Made by a program: the position numbers and the translations under genes
The notes under the pieces: model-generated
Told to the model about the DNA's origin: nothing
The model's input: the letters and a program-made list of their open reading frames with translations, nothing else
The model's database searches: none
Assembly (NCBI RefSeq): GCF_009914755.1
Contig: NC_060929.1
Reading direction: 5' to 3' (one strand)
Origin: the human T2T-CHM13v2.0 reference genome, Homo sapiens
Length of the DNA: 64,000 nt
Shown here: positions 63,778 through 64,000 of the stretch, in pieces
How positions within the stretch are numbered: the first letter of the stretch is position 1
Layout of the letters: each line of letters starts with the position of its first letter

Positions 63778-64000
63778 TTAAAAGCTGGAAACAACCACAG
63801 GTTTGGCTGTCTTCAGCCATAGGGTGTCTTGGCTTTACATGAGCTCTTTGTGGGTAGTGATTGTATCTCTACATTTTCTCGTGTTTTTGAATCCACACTA
63901 CCTGGTGTGTAGGAGATGCTTCACGAGATGCTGAAGCCTCAGCACCTGTGAGGAAGGAGGCCTTGGAGAGGAAATGGGACTGGGCACTCCAGGTATGCAC

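Overview
Primate (human-like) genomic DNA, rich in Alu and other repeats. I found no supportable protein-coding exon; the ORF track reflects Alu, LTR, microsatellite and CpG-island sequence. The main functional landmark is a CpG island at about 8.55-9.7 kb. It has GC boxes, a CTCF-like motif, a phased array of NF-kB-like sites and two candidate non-coding first exons with + strand splice donors at 9130/9131 and 9540/9541. The remaining ~54 kb reads as a long first intron of a gene I cannot name. It holds roughly 30 Alus, MaLR LTRs (THE1, MST, MLT1), a complete antisense LTR12C solo LTR, L1, L2 and L3/CR1 relics, MIRs and MER DNA transposons. The most unusual structures are two independent local inverted duplications of non-repeat DNA (about 19.3-20.4 kb and 33.3-34.5 kb), each inserted into an ancient element so that the derived copy can be identified. 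Also notable are several small fold-back or templated-insertion scars and a 5-fold amplification of the LTR12C GATA/AATAAA core-promoter module. I see no evidence for a new gene-level system. Repeat subfamily calls and most boundaries were made by eye from remembered consensus sequences and are approximate.
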